From Lobosporangium transversale (taxonomy: Eukaryota): 64,000 nt of DNA. The notes beneath the pieces were generated by a model. That model made no database searches. It was not told the origin of the DNA and worked only from the letters and a program-made list of their open reading frames with translations. The number at the start of each line of letters is the position of its first letter. The stretch's first letter is position 1. Shown in pieces: positions 41,510 to 56,730 of this stretch. The stretch is taken from the NCBI RefSeq assembly GCF_002105155.1, contig NW_019029004.1, forward strand, positions 372,001 through 436,000. The letters run 5' to 3'. The position numbers and the translations under genes are program-made.

Positions 41510-43058
41510 GGTGATGAGAATAAAATCCTCTTGGGGAACGAGATTTGGTGGTGTCACCTGTTGTTTCTGGGTATGAAGTACAGAATATACTGTTCCCTGG
41601 TAGCGGTGTCCTGCTGTGATAATGGCGTGGGTTGGGATTTTTGACTTGAAGCTACTATTGCTGTGATTGTTGTTAAATGAGCCGAGGAACCGCTGTTTAT
41701 TCAAATTTGATTCACACCCCGGACAGGTAAAGGTGTGACAGCAAGGGTGTGGTACTGGCGTTGATATTGACTAGTGAATTGGGAGCGATCGTAGGTAATG
41801 TGGGTGATGGATACAGTGCTGGATGTGGTAGTAAAGCTTTTGTAGGAGGAAAGGTCAGATGTTGAAGTTAAGAGAGAAGGGAAGAAAGGAAGGAGGTCTT
41901 TAGCTTGAACCTTGAGAAGTATGAACTCTTTTGGCCGCCAATGTTTGGATAATTATTGCTGTTATTTGTACGTGTGCAGCTCAATAGTATCGGTGACAGT
42001 TATTAGATGAGAGCAAGTTGTCCCTGTCCATGTGTTTACTGGGATGGTGACACCAACGGCCTAATTAAAATTAACATAATGGATATTCAGTGACGAAGGA
42101 TATCGAGAAAAAAAAAAAAAGGCAAAGGTAACTGGTGTTAAGCATAGGCAAGAAGGGGTGATGAATTAGCGAACAGAAAGCTTTAATATAAGGAATTTGA
42201 ACCCGGTAGAAGGAAGAATCTTCGCCATTGAGTACAAAATGAACAGAAGATTGAAGAAAAGGTCCTCTATCCCTCACCGCTTGCCCTACTTCTACTCTCA
42301 GCAATAATAAGGAAGTCAATGGTATAGTGCTGTTCCTCACGACCTCAACTCATACAAGGATTATGAAGGATCCTTGATGTGCTCTTTAGTGCTGCTTATT
42401 TAAATCTCTCCTTTATCCATCAGCTGTTGTTACATCGACTTGACATGGTCATAAAATGTAGATGTAAAGATTTGCTGATCGGCGATGGGCAATCAAAATG
42501 AAGAAAGGGCCCACTCTACTCACCAATAGACGACACGAATATTAAAAGCAGTGAAGATCGATCATCTCATTCACTTTTCAACGCCCATGATGGTTATGCG
42601 GAATCTAAAAATGGGAGGATGTAAAGCCCTCATTTATAAACAATCAAAAGATGGGCAGCCGAGCGCAATAACAGGGTAATGTCTAACTCCAACGAATTTA
42701 TCAACTCACGCAGGTCAATTGCAGAATAAGAAATGCAGAAGATCGACATTCTTTTGCAGCAGGTTTACATAGATCATGGTATGACAAGTATTGTATATTT
42801 TCATGTACTGTAGATTAATAAATGCATGTTCCATCGTTTCCTTCAAGTTGTACGCAGGCACAAAAAAGAATAAACAATCTATCACAGGCACATTATATAC
42901 ATTGATGTAACATCTAATTTTTTCTTCTTTAGAAATATGCCTTGAGTGAATTATTAATTGGCAACGAATGGATCAATAGCCCTCATTATCAAATTAATGA
43001 CGGACTTCTATTTGCCCTTTCAAAAAGGGGTTGAAAAGAAGCAATAAAAGGTCCCTTC

Positions 43059-44349
<1,291 letters not shown>

Positions 44350-44646
44350 TTGTAATCAGGTCCAAAATGGTTTAAAAATAAAATATACATATGTTGGAAT
44401 TGGCAGTTTTTCGTCATTCTTTGGATCAAATGGGATCATCACGTGTATGATGAATCATTTTTTAAAAAAATCATTACGATAGAATCCAAACATCATCTCT
44501 TTCTCTTCTCATCCTCCACTTCATCCCGCCTTTTTTTTTTTTTTTTTTTTTTTTTATATTTTTATTTTTCTGTATTTTTACTTCCCTTTTCTTTATTATA
44601 AACGACTTCAAGAGCTCATTGCTCTCTCTCTCTCTCCCTCTCTTTC

Positions 44647-44679
<33 letters not shown>

Positions 44680-44967
44680 CTATTTTTCACTTTTTTCGAC
44701 CTTTTAACTAAGTGTTCGATGCACTACATCTCTGTCTCTGTCACGCTTCCCGCCAAGAACTGATTTATTATTCAAACAATTATTCTTCCGACAATTTTTA
44801 ATTTTTTACGTCTTCCCCATTACACTCTGTATATAGTTATTATCTCTACTTGTAATTGCATTTTATTCACATTTCTGTCTCTTTACCCTTTATCACTGGC
44901 AGGGAAAAAAAAAAACAGACAACAAAAGAAAGACATCTCTTCCACTCCTCCTTTTCTTTCCCCCTAC

Positions 44968-44999
<32 letters not shown>

Positions 45000-45034
45000 A
45001 GGAAAAGTAAACACTTATTTACTCAAGTCTCAAC

Positions 45035-45727
45035 ATGGTTGCTTGTTTGGCCACAGCCTCGGCATCTCATTCACTCGTGACAAAGACGTCGCAAGATTCA
45101 GCCAAGGCTGCACACCAAGTTCAAGAGCTGTCAGATGAGGTCATCAAGGCTCTGTTGAGGTAATAATAATATTGTACATGCTGCTGTCGCTCTCCCTGTT
45201 CCTCTTTCTCTCTCTTATGGTACCACCCAGGTCTTTCGATTCTGTTATTGGTTCTTGAACTTATACAAAGCAAAAAGTACACGAAACCTAAAGAAGAAGG
45301 AGGAAGAGAGATTGAGAATGAGGGTATGACAGATACAATAATTTATTATTAACTTGAAAAGAGAAGGGAAAAGGCCTGAGGGCTTTGAAAATAAGCTCTT
45401 AATGTGTCCCACCTATTCCTCTCATCTGCACAATATTACATTGCTATTATCTTTTTGACTTTTCTACTTGCTTGCGGCTAGTTTTTTTCTATGAACATAC
45501 CACTCACAAACATATAAAAAAAACTTTCACCAATGCATACATCATACGATGTTGATGAAAACAAAAAAAAAAAAAAAAAAAAAAAAAAAAACAGCAAGAC
45601 CAGAAGGCACAAGAAGAACAGATCAGCTGGGAAGCACTCTGGCACGTCGCCATTGCTCCGTCAGGTCTTAAGACGCTCGCTCTTGGGCAATATCTGCAAA
45701 CACCAGTCGAAGACGGAAAGAAACTAA
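45035..45727 (+). CDS. Putative small 85-aa basic protein (2 exons)
   Basis: CAACATGG start context. Exon 45035-45159 ends at donor GTAATA; acceptor CAG at 45594 gives the in-frame product MVACLATASASHSLVTKTSQDSAKAAHQVQELSDEVIKALLSKTRRHKKNRSAGKHSGTSPLLRQVLRRSLLGNICKHQSKTERN*. Both exons are GC-richer islands in AT-rich DNA. Confidence 0.5.
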
Positions 45728-47001
45728 AAGAAAAAAAAAAAACAACTTTTTGTCTTCGTCGTCTTCAGGGCATAACTGCGATGTCGAAATGTCATATTCT
45801 TAAACGCCAGGAAAACCTCATTGTCAAGGTTTACTGCCGATGCCAATACTATTCTGTTCATCATTGTCTGCCTTTATACAATCCATTTGTTCTTTTTTTT
45901 CTCTTTCGCTCAAGACAACATGTGTAGTCTACCAAAGCAACAGACAATAAAAGCATAGCAAAAATCACCTTTCAAATGATCGTAATGTTATGTGTATTCG
46001 TATCTAATCTGTTCATAATAAGTTTGCTTTAACTGATTACCCCTTCATATGTCTGATTAAATAAAATGATTAAGTATGCTGGAGCAGCTGCGCCCCTTTC
46101 ACAAATTTGAAGCCTTCCTTGCACTGCCACAACAATACGATTTAGAACAGTCATTTTAACGGCCATAAACGTAATCTAGCGCCGGAAAAACGTACACAGT
46201 AACTGAAGAGCGTTCACTGGTAGCCACATAAGCGTCGTTATCTCTCTTAGTATGAGTTGGAGAGTCTAAACCGGGTCTTGATGACCATTTGAGATACTCT
46301 GGCTTGGCATTCTTGTTGGTTAGGCATTCAATAATCTCTCGTACGTAGAGCTGACTCTAAACCCACCGGTCAACAATAGTGTGCGAAGCAAATATGAAAT
46401 CCGTTGCTCTCCAGGATGTCGTCGGAGTGGTCAAGTTGGAGATGTCAAGCGCAGTTGCCCCGTATAGATATTGTTGCATCTCGTGCACAGTTCCGAATTG
46501 TCCGACTTGAGGATCAGTAACTTGTGCGCCCTCGTGCTGGATGTTGGCCTTTATTGACTGAAAGTGCCTTCATGTGAGATTGACGTCGAAGCAATCGATC
46601 TTGTTTCGTTGCAGCTTGCTCTCTTCTTCTTCCAATTTTTTTGTGGCTGCAGAGGATCAAGAGAGACAGTTGAGGTCAGCACCAATTCTTCGCTGTTGAG
46701 TAAGTTGATCGGCTGAACATGCCCTCTTCTTGCCATCTCTAATCGCTTTCTCTTGTCTGTAACTTCCCTGAAAAAATCATTGCCTTTCTTAGCCTGTTTC
46801 ACATTTTCAACGATTATTATGAGGAAGAGGAAGAAGTAAAGGGCAGAGACTAAAGAGAGTATGATATACAACTGATATGGCTATTTGCAGGCGTAACTGG
46901 AACAATAAAGAGCAAAAAAATAAAATAGAAAGTTGAAAAGTAACATAGAGCGGATGATAGCTTCAATAAAAGTTGTTTACATTATCGTCCATATGCCAAT
47001 A

Positions 47002-47036
<35 letters not shown>

Positions 47037-47083
47037 TCAGCGAAAAAAAAAAGACCTTCATAACTTTAAAAATCCTTTCCGTC

Positions 47084-50000
47084 CTACTTACGACCCCTCA
47101 CACTGTTACCGAGCCCGTTGTTAAACTGATTACGTCCACCACGATTGCCACGGGGGCCCATCGTACGCTGCTGTTGCTGTCTGCCTGATGTTTGTTCCTT
47201 AGTGACACCGCTAGTTCCTATGTTGTTCAAAATAGGAAATCATCAGAATGAATGAGTACGAATGAGCAGAGCAAAAATAAAATAACAAAAGAGGAGATAC
47301 TTGGGTTGGATCTCATAAAATCACTTACCCTTCTTTGGGCGCTCATTCTGTTGAGGAGTCTTTGTCTCCAACAGCTTCTCGTTACCCTCCACAAAGGCTG
47401 CAGCCTTCTCTGCAAAAGCCAAAGCGAGTGACTGTAATTTTGTTGGTTCAACACGGTGTAAGACAACGACGTTGGTGACCTGATCGATACTGGCTGACAG
47501 CTCCTCGTTCCACACCATTTTGGACACAATAGAGACAACAGTGGTCAGAGGTAGGTCAAACATCTTGGCAAGCTGTTCAAGACCCACTGATGAATAATAT
47601 GAAGCATTAGCGAACAGATAGGTACGAAGTCCTTCCTCCTGAATCTTACGACCGAGCATCTCCTTGATTTTATCCGATGAAGGCATGAGCTCCCAGATTT
47701 TGATAGAGTTGATCAGATCAATAGACTTTTGCCACTCGGCGCTCGCTAACGCCTTGGCAGCACCCATAATATGATCGCGGGTGTTTTCGGGGGGTCCAGA
47801 GAAAACCTGACGAGAATTATAATCAAGCATGCGGCGGAAGGGTTTTGAAATCACCTTTTTACGGCCTTCGGTGCTATTTCCATTGGCAGCCATATTGGGG
47901 ATCTCAAGAAGCATGGAGCATGTCAAGTAAACGCACTCCAAGAGTTCCAAGTTAATATGCATATGGAAAGGGAGCTGGCGCTGGCGCTCAAGCTTCTCTT
48001 GTTCGGGCGAAACAGAGCCGTAGCGTTGGGCCTGAAGGCCCTGCGCCAAAAGCTCTTTGACACGGCCAGTCCCAGAAATGTCCTGCAAACAAGTGTGGGC
48101 TTCCTTGATCATACCCTCACGGAAAGCACAGAGACCCAGTTGAACCATAGTGCGGTTGTGCAAGATCTGTGTTGTAATATCTGCCTGATGGATGGTCTCC
48201 TGCAAATGCGACATCAAAAGCATGTCACGGGCAACGAAGTAACGATTATGAAGTGCGTGGTGGTAGATGTGGCAAAGCATGGCGCGTGTACGCTGAAGTG
48301 AATTGGCATTCTTATACAAATGGACACACAGGTCATGGATCAGATCCTCAGAGTCCTTGACAGGCTTGATAATATTGGAAGGCAAGAGCGAAGCAGTAGC
48401 ATTCTCGACTGCAACAATAACAGTATCGGGCTAATAGAGACGGCGAAACATTGAATAAATTCTGTGGTCGACAAACTACAGCAGGCGTAACCTTTCAAAG
48501 CCAGAGTAAACTTCAATATACCTTGAAATACAAGTGCTCCAAGCGCCTCATTGTGGTACGACAAATAGCATCAGTCAGCTCGAGACTCTTGAAATATTCA
48601 TTAGAGCGGACGATTACTGCATAAAGGCCAACTTCGTCCTTGAGGCGGTCGACATAGTCTGTGGTGTGAGGGTCAATGTTTTGAAGAGACTTTGTGAACT
48701 CTTCATCCAGACGATCAACAAAGGCTACAATAGAGCCCCGGATGAACACAGTCTGGCCATTCTCTGGAATACGATCTTTATCAATATCATCATCCTCTGG
48801 AACAGCCTCCTTGACAACATAGCCACGATTAGATTCCAAAATTGTCAAAAGATTGTTGAGATACTTTTCAGCGCTATGAAATAATAAAAACAAAGAGGAT
48901 CAATTTTAAGTTGTATAAAACTAAAGCCGTTCTTGATTAAAATCAATAATAATACTAAAATTACTTACTTCTTCCAGAAAGGAATGCTCATGTAACCAGA
49001 GAGACCAACAGCAAAATCGAACTGGGCGGAAATCAAGTTCAAGAGCACATGGATCTTCTGGTAAGGATTGTTCGCGACGACAAGAAGTCTCTCCAAGATG
49101 CGAACCTGCTCCTCACGATTAGTGTTCTTCTTTCCACGAGCATCGATAACTTCTCTCAACTTCTTGAATAGATTCTCTTGATTAAGCTCGATAGACTTTC
49201 CACCAGCTCCAACGGGAGTGAACCCATCATCGACCTCCTCTTCCCCTTTCTGCTCATCTTCATCCTCGGATTCCGAAAGATCTTTCTTAGGCTTCTTGGC
49301 CTTACGTTTAGTCTCAACAACCTCCTCTTCATCCTGTTCCACATCATAGTTATCAGGGTCCTTTTCGTACTCCTGGATCTCCTTTTCATAGAGTCGGTTG
49401 TTCTTCTTGACCTTCTGCTTCATTGAGTTGAGGGCCTTGGCATTAGAGGCGTTCATCTTCTTTGAAGCCGACTTTTCTTTCTCCAAGGCGCCCTGAATGG
49501 CCTTCTCTAACTCAGCAACAGCTTTAATATAAAACTTAGGGATACCAGTTTGGGCGATAATACCCGCAGCCTTCTGAATGGCTTTATTGGCACGATCGAA
49601 TTCTTTATATGAAGTATTAAAAAAAAATCAAATGAGTACAGTGTGAGCAGATATCCTAAGTCCAAACATCACACAGGCATCAACTATGCCAATTTGGCAG
49701 CCAGTCTGTCCTTTCGCGATGTCATGCATGCTACATGAATCGTTAATACTACAGGAGGTGAAAATGCTCTGTGTCCTTTGTTGATATCCTTCAGCGGCAA
49801 TTTTGATCCATCCCAAATATAAATTGCTACTGTTACTATTAGTGGCACTGGTACAGCCGCTAGTGTTGGTGTTAACTATTGAGGCTGCTAGCTGATTCAT
49901 AGATCCAAATGTAAAAAGTCCTGATCTCCTTGGAAGATTTCAAACATACCATTTTGAACTGAGACCCAGTCATTGATCTTTTGACCGTTAGCCATTGAAG

Positions 50001-50262
50001 TCACAGCCTGCTCAATCTCTTCGAAACGCTTGTCCTTTGCAGAGCGGACAACGCGGACTTCATCATCGTCACTATCAGAATCATCAGAGCCGAGGCCAAA
50101 AAGACGACCTTGGGGCTTCTTGCCAGGCCGCTCATCATCGGACGATGATTCATCCGAATCAGAGTCGGAATGGTCCTCAGACTCGGAGGCAGTAAGCTCT
50201 TCAGAGTAATCAGACTCTGTATCATCAGAGTCGCTCTCTCCAGCGCGGAAAAAACGAGACAT
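47084..50262 (-). CDS. NIP1: Translation initiation factor eIF3 subunit c
   Basis: MSRFFRAGESDSDD, RVVRSAKDKRFEE, NAKALNSMKQKVKK, VDRLDEEFTKSLQNIDPHTTDY, RAMLCHIYHHAL, RQLPFHMHINLELLE, FSGPPENTRDHI and a PCI domain. Confidence 0.97.
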
Positions 50263-50623
50263 GGTGGCGGCGTTTTACTATTATGATAATGGTAGGGATT
50301 TTGGACAAAGATCGTACAAACCAAAAAGGTTTGATCAAAACAAATAAAAAAAAAAAAGAAACGTCGGTTATTTATGTTTGGAAGGAAAATGTCCCGAATT
50401 GTGTTGAGCAATAATATTTAGTATTGTCTGATCGTGATTATAATTAAGAAGAGGAATCAATCTTCTACTCACAGGTGGACGAAGATGCCTTGGAAGGAGG
50501 AACAAATGTAAGATCCCAAAGGGGTCATTTATTTCATCACAAAAAAAAAAAAAAACAAAACTGACGTCGTCATTCTTCCCTATATGCAAATATCTATATT
50601 TGCAAGCTTTCTAGATCTATGTT

Positions 50624-53600
50624 TTATGCTGTAATCTCAGGCGTCTTTTTTATCAAATCAGAGGAGCCCCGGAATAAACAACGCAGGTCCTCAAGACGCC
50701 TCTTGAGAACCTCCTGCTTGGATAGCTTCTCGGAAAAGGTCATATCAGACAATTCAGCTTTGCGTTTCTGCAGTTCCAGGATATTCTCCTCGATAGAGTC
50801 CTAGTAAGGGGTTATTGAACAAGCATTAGGTTAAAACATGGTCAACATGATATCGGAACATTTCATGTCGAGTGTACAGCTTACCTTAATGATAAACCTA
50901 ATAACATCCACAGGCTTGGTTTGCCCAAGGCGGTGGATTCGGTCAATCGCCTGGCTCTCAACCGCAGGATTCCTAACATCCCAATAAAAGTGTAGATGTC
51001 AGCTTCTGTCAGCTTTTAGACCTGGTATGCATCAAAAAATATGAATCAAGAATTATTCTATTACTCACCAATGAGGGTCCATTAAATAAACGCGCTGTGC
51101 CGATGTCAAATTTAGCCCTACACCGCCTGCTTTCAAGCTGATTAGAATAACACCAACATCAGCCTTTTCCTTGAAATCAGTAAGGGCTGCAGTGCGGTCA
51201 CTTCGTTGCATGGTCCCATCCAGACGAGTGAACTTAATATGGTTTTCACGAAGACCATCCTATAGGAAATGAATCGAGAAAAAGATGTGTGTGAGCACAA
51301 GCTTCATGTAAGAGCACAAGATATAGGAAACAAGAATGACTATGCGTCCCTTCATTTAGCATATATACCTCAATTAGATCCAACATGCTTGTCCATTGTG
51401 AAAAAACAACGCTCTTTGCAATAGACTTGTTAGCCTTCTTAGAGGCCTCTGTAGCCTGCACCAGGTCTTCTAAGAGAGCTTTAACCTTTGTGCTATGGAT
51501 CAAGGCGCCATTTTCGTCTCTTCTTGTGTGAATATGATCTATGTTCGAACTAATCCCCGTTATTTTATCCTCAGGATCGTCTTGAATCTGGATCAAATCG
51601 ATAGGGCGCAGCACAGAAGCGCATTGCGGACACGGGAATTCGGTTTTAAGCCCTGGAGTAACACTAACATTGGCGTTCAGCTTCTGGATCATCATGAATG
51701 TGACTGGATTAAGCTTCTTAACACAGTCAGGACAAAAGATATGTTCGCAGCGAGCCACGATTGGCGTAGTTGTGGAAGTATTGAAGCAGTGGTTGCATTG
51801 ATCGTTGCCAGAATCCTGTAGGAGCGTCAGTATTTCAGATGCCTTTGCTACATTGAATTCTATAGAGGCATCCTGATCGTCACCTAAATTCTTGACAAGA
51901 GCATAATGAGCGCAAATCTGGCGCAACTTAAGGATTGCCTGAAGGATATGTGCATAACTCTTCATAATCTTATTTTCTTGGACAATCTGATCTACAGTCT
52001 GTTTAGCGCGGGACTCCATGCGCTGATAAAGCTGGCGTTCGTTTAGGCTCAGCTCGAGGATGCGTTTGTGGTCAGTCCGAGTAGGAAGAGCTAAGAGTGG
52101 CTGCCCGTCAACCATCTGAGACTTTGTACGGCGAAGTGTGATGACTTTCATAAGCGTCTGCAGCCTGGCGATTCCAATGGGATTGGCCGCTTTGATTGGC
52201 TTTGAGATATAGTGCGTCCATTGAACCTTTTCGTCAAACGGGTGCATTTGAAGGAACTTGACTAGCGCATACAAATCATCCAGCTAATTCCAAACGTAAC
52301 ATAAATATTGTCAGTTGCCTAAATGTAAACGTATACACTATCCTTTAGCCACAAATAGTGCCAACTTTACTTTGTTTTGAACGGGAGTCCCTGTTAAGCA
52401 CCATCTCCGCTCAGCTGTAAGGGCCGATGCGGCTTTACTCTGCACCGTGTTGACCTCCTTAATTATGTGTGCTTCATCTAGTACAACTCTAAACCACTCC
52501 ACATGTTGCAAAACGCTCGGATACTTGGACAATCCAGTCTGTGGGTCTCTTGCTTTAGTTTCCTTGGAATACTCTGTACCTAGAAGATTATATGTTGTTA
52601 TGACCACATCATGCTTCGCAAGGAAAGATGGGTCCGCTACACGTTGCCCTCCATGGTAGACATAGACATTTAGAAAATCCTTCTGAACGTGGTTTTCAAA
52701 CTGCTCTTCCCAGTTCTGAACTGTAGACAGCGGACAAATGATCAAAGTAGCATGAGATTTTATCCGCAAGATACTTGGTCTAGGAGGAGACGGCATCGCA
52801 CTTGATAGCTGTATAGCGTTACCCGTAAATGGCAGCAAGGAGGCTGCAGCGAGGCGCGCGTACATTCCTCTATCCAGTGTGGCAGTGATTAATGATATTA
52901 CGGTGATTGTTTTGCCAAGGCCCATCTATAATTTGTATATAAAATATATTAATGCCCGGATTGTTCGCATTCTACCATTTCGACGTATAGCCATAACAGT
53001 TGTGCTTACATCGTCAGCCAGAATTCCTCCACGCATAGTTACTGGCTTCGCGCTTGACTCTTGATTAGTCACCACGTTCAGGTAGACAGGATGCCCGTGA
53101 GGTGGATGTCTCACTCTCCACAGAGATGTAAGCTTGTTCTTTTCATTGTCTGTATACTCTTCTGGCTTCTCCCTTTCCAGCAGAAAATAAAGCGCTTGTT
53201 TTTGATGTTTGTATAACATTGTGGACATGCATGCCGTCGGTTCAACCAGAGGAAGATCGGTTACGCTGCGAAGTCCCTTAAACACACTATCAATTTGGTT
53301 CTTGATCTCTTCCGCTGAGCGAGCTGCCGATCCACTGCCATATCCAGAATACCCGTGCAACCGAGATGAGCCATTTGCATATGACGTTGGCGGTGTAGTG
53401 ACGCCTCTCCAAATATCGTAGGGAGAAAGCTTTTCGCCAGGGGCAGGGAGCAGTGGATTTGAATAGCGTGTACGATGATCAAACTCGATAGGATCCTCTA
53501 ATCGAACTTTTCCATGAAGGGCCATTGCTACTGCCATCTGATGCTCCTGTGGTCCATAAAGAATGATGTTGACAGGCACACTGACATTCTAGTGATATAA

Positions 53601-54657
53601 ATAACTCACATTGTAAGTAATGCTCTTTTCAGCCGGATATAATGATAGATCGCATCCTGGATGGCTTAACCTACGTTATGTCTGCGCTGACGTGGTACAT
53701 GTGCTTCCCACCATATCATATTGGCATCGACAAGTGGGATTATCGTATCCGTTAGCTCCGACACAACATACCCGTACTAATGAAGAGGACAATTACAGCA
53801 TTTTTGTTGAGGTTACGAGTAGGAAAGAGAAGGAGAAAGAATGGGGTCGAGTCAATGACACAATCAGGAATACATTCCGGTCATCTGGCCAAAAATGCAG
53901 TATCACTCACAAGGCCTGCTTCGTGCTCCACAGCCAGAGTTGCCTTGTTGGCAGTGGTAGTACGCTTGATTTTGACTGGATCAGACTTCCCCTCTTCGTA
54001 TTCTAACTGCCTGGGATAGAGTGTTACAACGAGAGACTGGATCATTCCGAAGCAAAGATGTCGATTAAGCTCAGGACCATTGTCTTCTGGCTGTCCTCGG
54101 TCAGCAGATTGCGAAAGAGTAGATTGTACTGAGTCGGAGCCACCAGAGTTGTGACAGAACGGTGTCTCTGCATTTTGCAAATGTGAATGTTGTGCAATCG
54201 ATTGGTCTTTGCCATTGACACTGCTCGAAATTGGCGGCGTCTGTTCAACTGGTGTATTATGATTTGAGATTGGAAGAGCACCTTGATTCTGGGGAGCCCC
54301 TTGCTGATGCTGCACCTGGGTATACATTTGATTAACGTTATAAAAGTCGCTATCAAGTTTTTTACGCTTTTGCAAACGATCGTTATCGCCCTCATCTATA
54401 ACACTATCAGTAGGGTCTGAGTCAATTGGTCTTCCATGCTTTGAGGGTAGTAGGGAAGAGCAGCCATGAATATTAGGATGATGGTTCTGTTGCTGCTTGA
54501 GGTCTGGCGGACTGTTACCGTTGCTTTGGTAAGGCATGTACTTGTTATCTGTGTAGGACATTGCCCCACTTCCGATTTGCTGAAGGAATACCGATTGCGT
54601 TAAGGCAAGCGCTGCAGAGTCATAGCCGCGCCTGTTTTCTGACATGTCTCCTGGCAT
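50624..54657 (-). CDS. SNF2-family helicase / RING E3 ligase, Rad5/HLTF-like
   Basis: [57 protein letters not shown]...[10 protein letters not shown]...[43 protein letters not shown]. Confidence 0.9.
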
Positions 54658-54860
54658 GGTTGTTATTTTCGTTGCTTTACTTTCTATCACTTTTGATTGA
54701 GTAAAAGTGAGTATGGAGTGATCTAATTGGTGGTTACTACAATATACTATGTGGTGTAGTAGCGGTGTCGTTGGAACTGTATCCTAATTGCTGAATAGAA
54801 GAATGTCTAAGTGTCTATGTGGTCCAGTCGAATAGTCAAGGCAAAAAAAAAAAAAAAAAA

Positions 54861-54910
54861 AAAATGCAGGAGAATGCAAGAGAATGCGAGAGAATGTAAG
54901 AGAATGCGGG
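54861..54910. repeat. Tandem 10-bp repeat (AGAATGCRAG-like x5) upstream of the helicase gene
   Basis: aaaatgcagg agaatgcaag agaatgcgag agaatgtaag agaatgcggg. Confidence 0.8.
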
Positions 54911-56730
54911 AAAAGGTGGGGAACGGAGTAAAGTAAAGAATGGAGGATGCAGGGACGTTCTTTGCAACAGAGGGGGTGGTAAAAGAAGAAAGCGATGGGA
55001 GAGAGTGAATAGAATATATATATATATATATATATATATCACTTTTTTTAATCTGCCTTAATTGCTGTAGTTGTGCGTGTTTTTCCATTAATGCTCCATG
55101 TGACCTGCAGCGTGATCATTCCCAAAAGCAATTGGATCGTATTAACTCCTATCTTCTGTCCGTGCAACAATTGGCTGGCTACTATTACATATTACCAGGA
55201 GTGCGATCAAAAGGGGTGCGCCCCTTTTATCGTCGCCATGTTAAATGCCCTCGGTCAGGAGGCCTTGTGTCTGTTTACAATACAAAAAACAGGGGCTAGA
55301 AAATAAACGATTTTGCCATTTCTCTGATTCGGTTGCTTTGCCCAAAGTAGTGCTCTAAGCTCAACGCCAAAAAGAGGTCATGTGCTTGCAGTAAAATTTG
55401 ATACTCGTGTGAGTGTAAGTGCCAGTTTCAGTACATTTATTGGCCGCGCCGCTCAATTGACTCTTGACTCCTCTCCATCTGATGATTTGTTGATCTTTGT
55501 CCCTATTATACAACTAAAAAAAAAAAAAAAAAAAAAAAGAGACAGCGATGTCATATCAATGGCTGTAAAACCCTAATCACTGTAAATGTAGAATGTAAAC
55601 CTACTTGTACTTTGTTAGGAGTTTTCTGCGTGAGTCTGCTCAGAAGTCCAATGTTTGTAACCACATTCCTGTTCCGGGATTCACGTTGTGTCTCTATATC
55701 CTTAATAGACAGATTCATGATCTAATTTTTATTAGCGACATGATTTCAAAGCGACATTTTAATTTTTTTAAAGGCACACAACAACTGCCTAGCTGTATAT
55801 CTATACCTCGTCCTCTTACCATGCCTTGTCATACGAATGGCAAGGAATGTTTATATACAGAAGGATACGTGTGTGGATGCTTGGCGGAGGAGACACTGGC
55901 GCTTGTACTCTGAAGAGCACTAGAGAAATCAATTACACACAAACTTTAATGGAGGACGATTTAGGCCAAATCGTGCACAAACTTTATTGCTGTGTGAGCG
56001 GCCTTTCATTTTACATTTTACCTTGTAACAGATTACTATATAAATGTATACAGTAAGTGAGCACAGTAGGTACAGCGGATCCATGATCTCATTCGACGAG
56101 ATAGTGCCTCCAAGAATGAAACGCTGCATTGACAGCTGATCGAGCAACCCAACTTGTCAAATCCTCAACTTTATGATATACCATCATTCTTAATAAATCG
56201 ATCATCATTGACACCTTTTCCCTTGGAGACGTACTAAGCATAAGCATGCAACATCCATATTTCGCAGGACAAAGTTTGTTCTTTTGCCCTCGCCCTTCTT
56301 TTTTATTTTCTTTTTTTCTTTTATTTTTCTGTCACTGTCTTTGCCATTCGCCATTCGTCTCATCCTCATTGGCCGTTCTTTCGATTGTTCACCATTTATT
56401 CATTCATTTATTCATTGTCATACTTTATTTCTTCATTCTATTTGACACTAAACGGTCTAAACGTGATAGCCAAGAATAAGCATTGTTCTGGGCTCCTTGC
56501 AAGAGACTTCATTTTAGAAGTCTTAAATTCCACGTATGACTATGTATTACTTTATATTAATGCCCTTTACTTATAACCTTGCCTGCTTACGACCCCATCC
56601 TCAATTCTTTCAATCGTTACGAGTTGTATTAGTCCTTTGAGTCTCTCTTATAAATTGCTGAATGTCTTGCTCCTCTGTTGCTCGTCGCCACCACCTCCAA
56701 AAATAGCTGTCATTTCTTCGCTTTACAAAA

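Noticed and set aside
46150..46871. Possible decayed gene downstream of eIF3c
   Set aside because: Fragmented frames with no identifiable domain.
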